A stretch of 64,000 nt of DNA. Origin: Vicugna vicugna. Taxonomy: Eukaryota. The stretch's first letter is position 1. Every line of letters starts with the position of its first letter. The DNA lies in NCBI GenBank assembly GCA_013265495.1, contig MU058645.1, positions 684,001 to 748,000 of the forward strand, given 5' to 3'. Below the pieces are notes generated by a model. The model had not been told where the DNA came from. It did not search any database and was given only the letters and a program-made list of their open reading frames with translations. Made by a program: the position numbers and the translations under genes. Of this stretch, positions 49,611-62,985 are shown one piece after another.

Positions 49611-50944
49611 TTTGTTAGATGAAAACTCTTATAGCCTCTCCCTTCTTCAGATTACTTTTACTTTGCTCAATACTAAATAATTCTAAAATTCAGATTGACT
49701 CACTGAAAACTCTAGGAAAAGAGAGGAAATCTGGAAGGGGCTGGTGCATTCTGGAACTAAAGTACTCTTGCTGTTAGAACAGGAGTGGCATTCCAATAGG
49801 AATCGTGAAGGAACGATAGAACCCTGACCCGGAGGACATTAATGCTTGACTGCGTAGATGGACGGAAATTTGGTAGTATGACTTCCAAAAAGTCATTCAA
49901 TCCAGGCAAAATCATTTCCGCCCATACACTCAGCTTGCCAATGCACATACACACTAAACCCACAATCACAGATCTAGAATCTGTTTACGCATTTGCATTG
50001 TTTAATCACACAGATCATCGTACTCCTGGAAGTTGCTCTCTCTTGCGCAGAGGCATCAGGGCTCATTGCCGGTTAAAATGTGTTAGAGATGCACCCCTAC
50101 TGTGCTTAGCACCCACAGCGTGGCGGAAGGGGATAGCTCCTTGCAAAACTCAACATATTGCCTGTGTATTAAGCTGAGTGGATAAAATCTATTTTTAAAA
50201 TTTCTCCGTCCTCCATTTTATAACCAGTCTTTTCAATCACGACTCGTTACACACCCATGTGCAATGTTTCATTTAGCCTAGTCGGAACAGGATGTGCCCA
50301 ACTGACTTGTCTATTATGGGGCCAAAATCTGAAACAATTTTCCTTTGAATTCTGTCTAATTCAGTACAAAACTTCGAAAGGCTTCTTTGTAAAAACAACA
50401 ACAAAAAAAAAACAGCAAAAAAACTGAGAAACACTGAACTAACAGATGAAATGAGAACTGTGTTACCCTGACTGTAAACTGCAGTACCATTTCCTATGAA
50501 TATGTATGTGTTTGCGTTTAGATGTCCGTATGCCTGTCTACCTCTATTCATCTGTCTGTCCATCCATCTATATCTCTATTACCTATCTATCTATCATGAT
50601 TCTAGCATAAATGTCCAATCCCCAATCCACCAGAGACTTGATGAAATCCGTACTGTGGGGTCCTCAGGGAAATTTCTGACCCAGGCAGGTGTGAATTTTC
50701 CATTTCTTCTCTGACTCGCTCTGCCTCACGCTGCCAGGCCACACCACCATCATTGGCATGCATGGTTTCTTCTTTGTACACAAAGTTTCAGCCTTCCTGC
50801 CTAGCCCTGCTGGGAGATCACATCTTATCAGCACATTTCAGGAGATTTGCTTTCCTGGAATATTTGCCCCCTGGAGATGACAATGCTCTCTTCAATTCTG
50901 AACATTTATCCCACCTTTACTCACCAATGCTGAAACTTCTGATG

Positions 50945-51150
50945 CTTTTTTTTTTAAAATAGACTTTATTCTTTTAGAGCGTGTTTCAGGTTCACAACAA
51001 AATTGAGCAGAAAATACAGGGAGTTCGCACATATCCCTCCCCACCCACACACATACCCTCCCCTCCCCTCAACATCCCTCATCAGTGTGGCATAGTTGGT
51101 ACAATCAATGAACCAACATGGGCACGTTATTATCTGGTGCTTTATAAAGT
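50945..51150 (-). mobile_element. L1MC/MD-type 3' end
   Basis: gactttatt..ttagagc.tgtttcaggttcacaacaaaattgagcagaaaatacagggagttc. Confidence 0.8.
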
Positions 51151-51789
51151 ACAATAGGGCTTCTTAATTGAGTGTTCCTTGCAAAGAGTTCCACTTTGTG
51201 CAGAAACTATAATTTCTATAGTATTTCCTGTTTCAAGCAGTTATCTACCTCTTTTCCTTTTTCCCCCCAGAATTTAGCTACCTAGCATTTTGCTGTTTAA
51301 CTATTGGCAACTTTCACTAGTCCAGACCTCAGAGCATATGCTGTTCCAGTGGTAAAAGATATTCTTAAGCAAAGGATTAAGACCCTGTCCTTCCCGTTCT
51401 CCAGCTTCACTCACCTTCACAGCTTAGGGCATTTCTTCCTGTTTTTTTCTGGGTTTTGAGTTCCTTGAGAAGAGTTGTCCATATGTGACTCATCTTAAAT
51501 ATTCATCCAAGCAAATTTTGCTGAAGTTTTCTATAAATATCTCTTCAATAATTTTTTTTCAAAATCATTGCATGATCACTATTTTAAATATGTTTGGATT
51601 TTCCCATCTTAAAAACCTTTTAATACAACTAGATAAGTCATTTTGCACCCCAGCTTCTTTCCACAGTTACACCCTTGAACTTTGTTAGTTCTGTGTATAA
51701 AATAACCTACATCTTTAAAATTGATCACTTACCAACATGATCAATCCAATTTATGGAACCATGTAGAATCATGAAAATTTAACAAAGGG

Positions 51790-53540
51790 GAAATAACAGT
51801 AGAATTGTATGGTCAGACTACCCTCCTGTAGAAAACAATCAGAAAATGTAGACAAAATATTTTTTAAAGACTGAGGCACCAAGAGTGGTCAAAAACAGGC
51901 ATAAATTGGAGCAGAGTCTATCCTGGCGAGATCAACTGTGAGATTTGTGAGTTTGTAGTTTTTTGACTGAGGGTACACCCCAATCATTCATCCCATGGGG
52001 CATAAAGTCAGAGTCTTACAGTTAAAAGTACCAGAGGACAGAGAAGACAGAAGGCAGAGCAGCTGCAAACTTGGGAGGAAAATCTAGAAGGAAGAGAGAT
52101 GCAGAGTGAGTAAACCCTGACTCCTAAACTACGTACACACAGAGAGACCCTATGGAAAAAAACAGCATTTGGAAGCTTAAATTATATAGCAAAGATTTCA
52201 GTTTCTGTCCACTGCAGGGGAGACAGAGTTTAGAGTTTGACTGCAGATAAGTTAACAACTGTGACAACAAAGATCAATACTCTACAGAGGAATAGAACAG
52301 ACCCCACACTCTCTACAACACATTATTACACCCCAAATTCACCTAAAAACAGCTAGAAAAATGAATAGATATAAAAACTGACCAAAGTTGAAGAGCAAAA
52401 GCCATCCAAAAATCCCCCCTGGAAGACCTAGATGTTGTAATTAGCAGACAAGACTTTAAAGCAATTACCACAGATATGTTCAGGGACTCAAAGAAAGTAT
52501 TCTTATAATGAACAGATAGGTAATCTCAGGAGAGAAAGAGAAACTGTAAAAAAAAAAAAACACAAAAAACCTCAAATTTCACCAAAAAACCTGCACACAG
52601 ATATTTATAACGGCCTTATTCATAACTGCCAAAACTTGGAAGTAACCAAGATGTCCTTCAGTAGATAAATGGATAAATCAATTGTGGTACATCCAGACAA
52701 TGGAATATTATTTAGTGCTGGAAAGAAATGAGCTATTAAGCCAGGAAAAGACATGGAGGAAACTTAATTACATATTACTAAGTGAAAGAAGTTAATCTGG
52801 AAATGCTACATACTGTATGATTCCAACTATATGACATTCTGGAAAAGGCAAAACTACAGAGACAATTAAAAGTTCAGTAGTTGCCAGGGGTCAGAGGAGA
52901 GAGGGTGGGCTGAAAAGGTGAAGCACAGAGGATTTTTAGGGCAGTGAAAATACTCTATAATTCTGTAATAATGGATACATGTCATTATGCATTTGTCCAA
53001 ATGCATAGAATTACAAGCCTAGGAGAGAACCATCAAGTGAACTGTGGACTTTGGGTGGTTACGATGCATTAGCTGTAACAGACATCTCACTCCGGTGGGA
53101 GACTCTGACAGCGGGGGAGGTTGTGCATGTGTGAGGGCAGAGGGCATGTGAGAAATCTTTCAACCTTTCCCTCAATTTTGCTGTGAACTTAAATGTGCTT
53201 TAAAAATATATATCTTTAAAAATGCAAATTCTAGGGCCAAAAAATAGAAATAGATTGAAATTTTATGGATGTGGCTTAATAACTGATTAGAAATTATGGA
53301 AGATTCAGTGAACTTGAAAATAGATTAGAAGTAACTATTCATTATGAAGAAATGAGAGAAAAATAACTGAAGAACCATGGACAGAGCCTCAGAGAGCTAT
53401 CAGACAATAGCATATACACACAAAATACAGACAGCTGGAGTCTCCGAAGGGGAGGATCAAGAATAGGGGCAGAAGAAAATAATGGAAAAAACGACTGAAA
53501 ACTTCCCAAATGTGACAAAAAAAAAAAATTAACAAAGGGC
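51790..53540 (+). mobile_element. Ancient L1M 5'/ORF1-region remnants interrupted by an L1MC1-like 3' fragment
   Basis: aattagcagacaagactttaaagcaatta, cagtgaacttgaaaataga, acagagcctcagaga, gctggagtctccgaagg, tgaaaacttcccaaat. Confidence 0.65.
52575..53222 (+). mobile_element. L1MC1-like 3'UTR
   Basis: aaaacctgcacacagat, ggtacatccagacaatggaatatta, atgacattctggaaaaggcaaaact, gatttttagggcagtgaaa, caattttgctgtgaac. Confidence 0.85.
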
Positions 53541-53900
53541 CCATGCGGATTTACTAAAGCACTTGCAGTAATGAAAAATCAAGATTTTAGTACTTGTCAC
53601 AAGCCGCCCCAAATATTTGAGATATTAGGGCATTTCAGGCAAAATAACTAGTATTATCTAAAATTTGAAGTTGATACTGTCCTATTAATGTGAAGTCAAA
53701 ATTACTTTTTAATGTTTTAAATTATTCATTGCATTCCTGATCCAAAAAAAAAAAGGATCTATTTCTATAAATGCGTACTGTTTGCTTGTGACATGTGGGG
53801 GCTACACGTGGGTATCTCTACTCAGACCTGCATTTTTCGGGGCCAGTCCACAAGACCTTGTAGGCGCAGCTGTCTGGGCGTCAGTGCTGCTCCGCAGGAA

Positions 53901-53931
53901 GCAGCATTTCCATGCGCCGGTAGGTAGCACC
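53901..53931 (+). promoter_or_regulatory. Possible CTCF site with upstream motif
   Basis: gcagcatttcc upstream of cgccggtaggtagcacc, within a small CpG-retaining pocket in AT-rich DNA. Confidence 0.3.
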
Positions 53932-55229
53932 GCTAGCCGTTTTAGCTCAACAACAGAATGTTAACCTTTTACTGTGTTTTCTCCTGCCTAGAGAACAGAC
54001 ATTTATTTCTTAATAAAATAGTACAGTGTGTTCTCTCCAAGATTATTTAAGACTCAGGTGAGACACAAGAGCAATAAAATAAAGAATTAAAAACTCTACT
54101 CTCAGGATTCACTAGCTGAATTAGATAAAATGACTACTCTCTTGAAATCTTCAACATCACTGTTTCCTAATGTATGATTTTATATTTTTCGAAAGAATGT
54201 CCATTATGCATAGTGTTTTAATGTAAAGAAAACAGTTAATCTACACTGAAATGAAATTCTCTAAACTACTAAAAGCACATTAGAAATACTTGTGGACAAA
54301 AAAAAATGAGTGCTCTGAAGTTAAACAAAAATATTAACAATAAATGATTTAATTCAATAAACATGTACTGAGAGCCTACATTGTCTAGAGTTATTAAAAG
54401 ACATTTTACAACTAGTACATGTTTCAATACAGTAGGATTTTATATACATGTCTTTTTATATGTTGTCCAAACAGACTAAGGGAAAACACTGGCAAGATTC
54501 AAAAGAACATCTCAAGAATATAAGCAATTGCCTGGTAATGTTTTCACAAATTAAAGTCATGCGACATCGCTGCCTCCAATCCCAGCCATAAGCACTAGCT
54601 TGCTTCCCGGGGCTCTTCAGCTATCAGTCAGGAGCAGGCATTGATAAAATGGCTTTCATAAATGAGCTGTCGGCACTTTTTTTTTTGCCATCTTTTTTTT
54701 TTTCATTTTTAATTTTCTTCCCAAATTCCAGGGTCATACCCCTTGTGATTCATGTAATTAAACAACAACAACAACACAGTCTTAGGAAGAAAGTGAGGAA
54801 TCAAAGTTGTTGGCATGTTACAAAAGAATAAATTACTACCTACAGCAGTGGAGTAAAATGCTGGGGTTGAGCGCAGCCTGATCTAGTGGAAATCAGCTCA
54901 ATTAAACAAGAAAGGCTTTGGAGACTGTGAGAGGTGTAGGGTCTCCCCAAAGGCCAAGTGAAGATTGACCATGGACATGATGAAAGTCTCTGGTTGGCGG
55001 GGTGGGGTGGGCAGGGGGTGGAGAATACTCCAACTTCAACCATGAAAGAGTCCATCAGATCAGGTGGCTCTCCTGCCCAGAATAGCACTGCTTAGCTCAT
55101 TAGTTAACAAGATACATCAAATATTGCCAAACCTCAGTGTATTCCTTGAGCATTTTTATGGGCCTCCAGATACCCTACTTTGGGGTCATTCTACTTCTGT
55201 GTAAGTGACAGCTGGGTGAGCACACAAAC

Positions 55230-55960
55230 GGAACAGCTAACTCGGGCTTGGGGCATTAGAGGAGATATTTGAAGGGAAGTAAATCTAAGATGAAAAGTTA
55301 AAAATGAGCAGGAATTAGGGGAAAACGAGCAGGAATTACGTGCGCTAGTGGAGGAAAGTACATTTCAGCAAAGGGAACTACCCTGAAAATGGGAGAGAAT
55401 GCCTTATTTAAGATGTTAAAAAAATTTTTTTAATCATTTGTTTGGAGTTCTGAGGGAGAAGAAGGAAGAGCAAGAGCTGTAAACACGCAGGCAGAGCGAG
55501 TGCTGTCAGAAACTCGCCAGCAGGAGGTCCAGAAACCACCGAGTTGCCTCCATCAGGCCAGTGCCCTGACCAGGCCTGTGCTTTCAGAAGACCACTCCGG
55601 CTGCAGCACTGAGCACGTCATGAAGCCGGCAAGACCAGACCCCAACCAGCAGTCTCAGGGTCACAAATAGGAAATTCTCCATAATCTCACTGGGGCGTAG
55701 TCCCTGCGAGAACTGGAGTCACAGCGCTGGAGGTGGAGAAGGACGGGTGAAGGCTGGAGGCAGTGACACGTTAGAGACACAGGCCTGGTAAGCGAGGGTG
55801 GGAAAAGAGAATGAAAGCGGAGGCCGAGGCAGGATGGATGGTCACAGGGAGGTCAGCTCACTGGTGGCAGGAGGAGGGCCAGGTCTGTGGGGAAGAGAAG
55901 CAGTCAAGACTGGTGCTTGAATATGAAGCATGTGGGGGACTTTAAGCACGTCCTCCAAGA
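55230..55960 (-). mobile_element. L2 fragments (GC-shifted)
   Basis: gatatttgaag...catttcagcaaagggaac...ttcagaagaccactccggctgcag...ggagaaggacggg. Confidence 0.55.
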
Positions 55961-56429
55961 CGTGGATTCTAATATCCAGCAATAAATGGCCAAGAACAAA
56001 CCCCACCCCCAATCTTTTGATCAGCTCATCGATATCATTCTGGGTACAACTGTGGAAACTTCTAGAAGTCATCACCAGTCTCCACTTCTTTATATGCCCA
56101 CAAGGTTATCTCAGGTGTTTGCTAAGTTCCCTAAAAATTTCTAGTCTTGGTATCTCTCCGGTCTGCCCCCGTCTCGCGGCACTGCCACTGACCCCAAGAT
56201 GAATGGAGCTCGTCTGACATGACTTCTTCACACTGACTCAGTCTCTTCTGGTCCACTGGATCGTGGGCATCGTTTCAGTGTAAGTGTCACAGGACGCCCC
56301 ATCGTCCTCTAAATCCCAGGAGCCCCATCGTCCTCTAAAACCAAGTGCACAAGTCAGTGCCTGCAGGGGCTCCAGGATGTAGTCCTCTTTACGGTGTGCA
56401 CATCAACCAAGACCTGTTTCGGGGGATAC

Positions 56430-56640
56430 ATGAACCTTAGAGTCAGGGGTGAGCCGAAATCCGGGCCCTGCCTCTAAGCAGGAACCAGGGCGCCCTAGGG
56501 ATCTCTGAAGCATGGGTTTTCTCATTCATTAAGTGAAGGTGAGTGTCCATCTCAGAGAGTCATGATGAAGATGGAGTGACCACAGGACTGTGCTCAGGGC
56601 TTCCCACAGAGCTAGCGTGTAACAGGCCCTGAAAAACACC
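56430..56640 (+). mobile_element. MIR fragment
   Basis: ttagagtcag...aatccgggccctgcctct...ctctgaagcatgggttttctcatt...ctcagagagtcatgatgaagat. Confidence 0.6.
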
Positions 56641-57499
56641 AGTCCCCCCCCAACCCTGGCACTTCAGAGCAGACAGCACTACAGAGGGCAGAGGTGGCTT
56701 CCTCCTGGTCCTCTCAATCTCACGTTCTGGTTACAGAGATCAAACTCGTGTGTTTATTCAAATGGCCTTAGTTGGGGATGACTCGTGATGGGTCCAGGGT
56801 TGAGAAATGAGAAGAGCAGACATCTCATTATTAGCGGGTGCAGGTTGGGGGTTGGGTGACAACGGCACAAACAAGGATAAAGGACAAGGTGTGATATTCA
56901 AGTAAATGGACGCAGAATTCTGGCTGGAAATGTGATTAGTGTGAGAGGAACAGTGGGTGGGGGATGGTCACTTGTAAGCGGACAGGTGATGGGACTGAAG
57001 CTACGGCTGGGAGAGAAGAGGGCACGTTGTAAAGGGGCAGAGAAGACAAGGGCTGGGGACGTGCAGACAGTTACCAAGATCTCTGGATTCTGAATTACGG
57101 AGTTCGCTCTGAGATACTTACTGAAAACCTGTGCTGCAGAGCCCAAAGGCTTGGAAGGTAAGGACCCCCCCACCCCCGCCCAGAAGCTGACAAATAGAAC
57201 TGGATAAATAAGACACTGCCACACAAATAACAAAATAGTACACGGCCAGGGTCGCAGGTAGGGTGACGTGAGTGGGGTGTCTGGCACGAGGCAGCTGTGT
57301 GTCAGTCTTGGCCCCCATGCAGACCGTCTCTGTGAGCTGGCTTCTGAACCAGCTACAACTAGTTTCTCACATGTTGCCAGGAGTAGAGGAAAGCGGTCAA
57401 GAAGTAGCCTCGGTATCAGTGGCTTAGGGTAATTCGCATCATCCCCGAACTTTAGTTTTCTCGTCTGTGAAGCTGGAAGAGTGGACAAAAATGCCAAAG

Positions 57500-57900
57500 C
57501 CTCATTGATCCCAAAAACCCACGAATGATACAAATGAGAAGGAATCTAATTCGGAGCAGGAGGTTTTCCCGAGGGTGGCATTCCAGCAAAGACGTCCTTG
57601 CAGTCGAGGTTGTGGAGACATGATGCTTGCACAGAAACACACTACTTTGGAGGAGGTGAGTGGTCCAGAAAGGGAGTTGAGAGATTCAAGCTCGGAAGGG
57701 AGATGGTGGTTACCCGAGAAACACTGCAAAGGGTATGAAACAGACTTAGAATTTACCCTACAGGAAATAGGGAGCCATGGAGGAGTTTAGACAGGGAAGT
57801 AATGTGGTTGACTTGACATTTTAGGATGTTTCTGGCTATGGTTTGCAGAAAAGATTGATCAGGGCTACAGATTCTAAAGAACATAAATTAGGAGGCAATT
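57500..57900 (-). mobile_element. L2 fragment
   Basis: ggcattccagcaaag...gacttagaatttaccct..aatagggagccatggaggagttt..cagggaagtaatgtg. Confidence 0.65.
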
Positions 57901-58329
57901 GTAATCTTTCAGACCCCCCCCCAATAAAGCTCTGAACTAACGCAACAGGCATGAGAGACAGGAGCCTCACGCCTGAGCGGGGACTGGGAAGCTGCCCGAC
58001 CTAGGGGCACCGGCCCCAGCCTGAACAGCTTCGGGTATGGGGTCTTCATCTGCACGTCAGGATGAGACTTCGTGCGCCTGGATTTTGCTGAAGGACAACA
58101 AACAACAGTAGGTGTGTCTTTGCTCTGGTTCTTTTCTTGTCTTAAAATAAACCATAATCCACTAGTCACAGCTGCACTGTACAAAGAAATAGTAGACTTG
58201 GACTTCAAAGGCAAACAGCTGAGAAGGGAGAAAACAAACAAAATCGCAAGATCTGAGATTTCGTCTGGCGTGAGAACGGTTTCAGAAAACCATTTCCTCC
58301 CCTAAACTGTTTCCTGTCTCATTTGAAAG

Positions 58330-59060
58330 CATCCCCAGTGGCCGCGGCCTCACGCGCGGGGGACGACGCGGTGGAGGGAGGGCCGTGCGCCCCGCCAGCC
58401 ACGCCACCTCCCTGGGACCGCGTCCTCGCGGCAAAAGCCAACACCGCTGTCACTCTAATATCCGTTAAAAATAAACACTGGGGGGAAAGTGGTATAATCG
58501 GTGGCAAAGTTGAAGACTTCGGAGCTTGAAGGTCATGGTCTTTATGGAGGAAATCACAAGACGCTCCTTTTCAAAGGTCAACAGGAAAAATATAAAATTC
58601 TCCTCTTGGCCGCCTCTGGCTCTAGAGTAATCAGATGCGGCAGACATCAATAAATTCTTGGGACAGCTTTTGATGGAGAATGTAAACCTTCGTATTATCT
58701 GGTATTCGGGTTGTACAAGCTGGAGCGAATTGCAGTTAAGTCGGGTCCGCGGCAAGAAATCAGAGCTGCAGGCCCGCGCGGCCCCGCACACCTCTGTGCG
58801 TCGGCCCTGCGCGCTCTTGGCGCGAGAGTGGAGAGCCGAGTTACAATTTGGATTCTTTTGCTAATCCTCAAATGAAAGAGGGGGACAGAAGGGAAAGTAG
58901 GCAGGTGGGGGTTGGCCGGGAAGAACTGACAAGCAGCGCGGGCGGGGGCCGCGTGCTGGAGATGGCCTCCCGGGCTGCGCTGAGCCTGGGCAGAGCCGGC
59001 CCTCGGAGAGCCCCTCCAGGCAGCAGCCCCCCGCTCCTCCGTGCCTCCTGCCTCCATCCT
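58330..59060. promoter_or_regulatory. CpG island (two CpG-dense blocks, 58330-58450 and 58730-59060)
   Basis: gccgcggcctcacgcgcgggggacgacgcgg, ggcccgcgcggccccgc, gcgcgggcgggggccgcg. Confidence 0.75.
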
Positions 59061-59144
59061 GTCCGTTGTTGCCGCCAAGACTCCAGGCTTCCATGGCTGA
59101 AAGGGGACTGATGAAGACCCAGTAACCCAGACGCCAACAAATAC

Positions 59145-59325
59145 CTCCCCTTTCCTGTAGGAGCAGCCTCCCCTAGCCAGGCTCCCCTCACTGGTTCTCC
59201 TTCCTCCGCACCTTCACGTGGCTTGATGTTTGGCATTTCTTAGGAATTGCCTTTCGGCGTCTTGTTTGTCGTTTCTTATTCAACTTTTCCTAAAGGGCAC
59301 CTCGCACACTCAGCCCCGCCCCTCC
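59145..59325 (-). promoter_or_regulatory. Candidate minus-strand promoter and first exon
   Basis: GC box GGGGCGGGGC at 59322-59313, ATG at 59236 and GAG|GTATTT donor at 59145/59144, directly upstream of the CpG island. Confidence 0.35.
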
Positions 59326-59439
59326 CTTCATATTTGACTGCACGGCCGAACGTTTGGTTGTCTGACATCCACGCGTGAGAGAGAGACCTCCAGCGACAGA
59401 CAGCTCGTTTCCCAGAGTCAGTCTGGTCCATCTGAGGAC

Positions 59440-60140
59440 AGAGGGGACTCTCAGGAAATCAGACACTTTAGAACACGCCTGTTGGGGTACTAATTTTGCT
59501 ATTTCTTGAAGGCAGCTAGAGAAAACATACAAAAATCTTTTATAATGTTCGTACCCTTTGATCCAGAAATTCCACTTTTAGGAATTTATCCTAAAAAGTC
59601 AGCACGAGTGCCCGAGTTGAAAGCATCTTACCTCTCCCTGCTCCATATTCACTGAAACTGACCAAAATGGGACAGGCACATGCACGTGCACCTCAGAAAA
59701 TCAGCAAATGCTACCGTCAAGCCTTTTCCCCCTCTCTGGAGCCCCAGAAAGCAATTTCAGCACACCACTGGGTGGCCCAAATGTTTAGCAGAAGTATATT
59801 CATTACAGAATATTGTAGATGAAGTAGAGAAAAAAAATGGGATGCAACTTAAATGTCCATATAGACATCAATGAAATGATTTACAGCATGTCAATATTAT
59901 GGATTATGCAGCCTTCAAAATAATATTAAATAAAAACAAAAAAATATGTGCATAAATGTAGTAAAAAAATAAAAGCAGTTTACAAAGCGGGGGCCATGAT
60001 AAAATCCCATTTTTGTTACAAGGAAAGGGGGGAAAGAAAAAAATCAGCAAGGGCTTTTAACTGGACGAGGGGATGGTGGGATATTATTTTGTTTCTTTGT
60101 TTATGGATATGTGCTAAGTCTTTTGCAATAAACATACATC
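59440..60140 (+). mobile_element. Ancient L1ME remnants
   Basis: taccctttgatccagaaattccacttttaggaatttatcctaa; caacttaaatgtcca; ggattatgcagcc; ttttgcaataaacat. Confidence 0.6.
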
Positions 60141-60807
60141 TCTTTGTAACATTAAGGATTGGGTTTAAAGACACACATGTCTGTATCCCCATCAGTGCCC
60201 ATACTTAACTGCACAGTTTTATTGTTTGACGCATTATTTTTTGTAAGGGAGAGTCGCGGAAGGATGGCTGGGCTAGGAAGGCCCAAGTTAAAGTGAAGAT
60301 GGACCAGGGCAGCAGACAGGAGTCTTCTCCTCCCACCTCACGAAAGTCTCCACTGAAATGTTACACTAATCTAAACAGAGCTTTAAAAAATTTTTTTTTA
60401 ATTACTGTAAACAGAACTTACTCAAAATCTGGGGATTCATCAACAAAACATGAGATAACAGTCTAGTCAAAGCCACTGTATTTCTTGATTTTTCCATTTC
60501 AGCAGTTGCCTTTATTTCTCTTATGACACTAGCACAGCAAAGTTGAATATCTGCCCTTCTCTTTTTCTCCAAGCCTTTCCTTTCTTTCTGGAACATGCTT
60601 TCTTCATACTTCTGTCAAGGAAGTTTGAGCCCTGGGGCTCTCCGAGGTAAGCAGCAAGGGCCAGGTCGACTCCCCTGGCAGCGGAGGTGGGGGTCAGAAT
60701 GAAGAGGTCCTCCCCGCTTCAACTGGAAAAGAACCGGCCCGGATTCTGCCCTGATGGAGTGCTGGGAACCGTGTTTGGATGCTAAGGGCAGGCAGCCCTG
60801 TTTAGAC

Positions 60808-60810
<3 letters not shown>

Positions 60811-60870
<60 letters not shown>
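60811..60870. repeat. Pure (CTG)20 / (CAG)20 trinucleotide repeat
   Basis: 60 uninterrupted nt of ctg. Confidence 0.97.
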
Positions 60871-60871
<1 letters not shown>

Positions 60872-61169
60872 AAGCGTAGCAGAAACTCTGAGAACATTCA
60901 CGTGAGATGCTCCTCTCTGCGGTGGTGCATCTGAAACAAGCAGCTGCCCTGACACCTTGGTCGGCTCTGGGTGGGGGCATGGGTGTCACACAGAGCGGCC
61001 CCTCACCGGGAAACTTGCTGCACTTGGCCACCCACTTCGTCCTTTCCACGTACCCGCCTCCCAAGGGTTTTACGCTGAAACGTGGACAGAAGAAGGGTGG
61101 GTGGGGTGGCTGGACAGAAGGTGTTGATTCTGTCTTCCACTTCCTTCCAGAACTCTCTCCTCCAGCCTG

Positions 61170-61340
61170 ACCCAGCTCAAGCGTGAGATGTGTGTGGAGT
61201 CGCCGGAGGAGCTCTCAGAGGCTGATTCCTGCCCCAACAATTGGCACTTCTCATTTAACCCCCCGGGTGAGGGGCTGGGCGTTGGGATTTAAATTTAAAT
61301 TTCCCCAAGTGATGCTCACGTGCATCCAGAGTTCAGAGAA
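61170..61340. mobile_element. MER5A-like hAT-Charlie fragment
   Basis: gctgattcctgcccc...ggtgaggggctggg...tttccccaagtgatgctcacgtgcatccagagttcagag. Confidence 0.55.
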
Positions 61341-62824
61341 GCCTTCACATCTTCTACATGTGTGTTACTGGAGGGAGAAGAGCCCACGACTTCTACTTCA
61401 GTTACTTTCCCGGAGACCAGAAATCAGAGCGTTCACATTTACTCCCGCCCTGGGGTGCTGGGTATTAACGATGCCCTGTGGTGAGTCCTGAATTATTCAG
61501 AGATCATCTTCGGGCTGTTGAAGGATTTCCAACCCCTCCTCCCACCATCACCACCAAACTTTCTCTTTCAAAAGAGACTAGTGAAAGCATCTGTAAACGC
61601 TTCAAAGGGGGCAAACTCTATAGCCAACACATGACGCCATCACGGAATTCAAAAGGTCCTGGGAAGAGGCAAAACCACAGATTTGAAGGGGAATTTCTCA
61701 TGAGGTGAAATCTTAGAGGCATGTGGTGAAATCTTCTGATGTGAACTCTTCAAAAGATTAAAGTGTTCAATCTCCCCCTGGCAGGGTGAGATGAGCTGCC
61801 AGGAACCCAGAGAGGGAAAAAAATGTTCTTTGTGATAGAGAAGCTATTTGATAAATTACCGGATATAATGGGTCCAATTCTTCTATCCTTAGATCAGGAA
61901 AATAAAAACCCTAATGCTATTAACAGAAAAGTGGCCAAAAGAAGTAACATGAAAATATGGAGGGAAAGTGGTATAAAACTCGGAAAAGAAAATTCACGTG
62001 AAATATACTTCTTCTAAAAGCTTTGCGAGACCAATTTTTCCCTCGTGGAGGTGAGGTGAGAGGTTAAAGAGACAGCAACTGCGTACTTAGACTGAAAAGC
62101 TTTCCATTAATACTGTTCATAAATTTTAATGCTTCAAATGAGGACAAATTAAGGTCATCTAAAATAGAAATGGTAACTGTCGATGTTTCCAGCATAAATT
62201 TTTCACTATAAAAAAATGAAAAGGAGTAATGTCTCCTCACCAAGGCTGCCTTCGCTCTACTTTCTACGTTTGATTTGAGGGAAACAAGCAAGTGTGATTA
62301 TAATTGCTTCAAGCAATTCCAAGACATTGTTGCCCTGACACATAAAGCAATTCCTGTTTTTCCTCCAGGACTCCACCACAGATGCAAATGCATGTGCTTG
62401 GTCTGAATGTGCAGTCTGTCCCACCTCACTGGCCAGGAAATAATTTGCAGAGAGCACTGCCAAAAATTACAGTGCGTTCTCTGAATCATTTCACGCCATG
62501 TTCATCAAGCAATAGTTTGCGAGGAGTGAAGGTTGGGTTAGGGTTAGGGTTCATGCAGGGAGAGCGTGGACATGAGCTTAACATTCTGCTGTATGCTCAA
62601 ATTCTGCCTCCTATATTGGAAATCTATGGGAACATTGGGAAGTTGTCCACAAATTTTGATCATTAATGTTAGCCACTAACATCCATGATACAAAAACTAA
62701 CATTTTTGCAGTTCCTCTGTTGAATAAGAAAATTGGGCACTCAGAGCTCTTGCTAAGCAATTAGATGCCTGTATCTGGGGACTTCCATGTCTTTTTGTTC
62801 TTGCTTTGTAATACTGCACATTCG

Positions 62825-62985
62825 TGGCTTAAGTGGCCAAGAGCATGGACTTTAGAGTAAGACCGAACACTTCGGTGTGTCATGTGCTTATTGTATGATC
62901 TCAGGTAAGTCATTTAACCTTGTTAAACACCAGTTTTCTCATCTATAAAATGGGAATAATAATATAAATGGTTTGGGAGATTAGA
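62825..62985 (+). mobile_element. MIR SINE
   Basis: gtggccaagagcatggactttagag...atctcaggtaagtcatttaacct...cagttttctcatctataaaatgggaataat. Confidence 0.8.

Noticed and set aside
56290..56339. Direct repeats (also 17275-17323 and 37001-37068) as an array or CRISPR-like structure
   Set aside because: Only two or three copies with no spacer series; ordinary local slippage duplications in a eukaryotic genome.
60615..61064. Poly-Ser ORF
   Set aside because: By-product of the CTG repeat; flanking residues are not protein-like.
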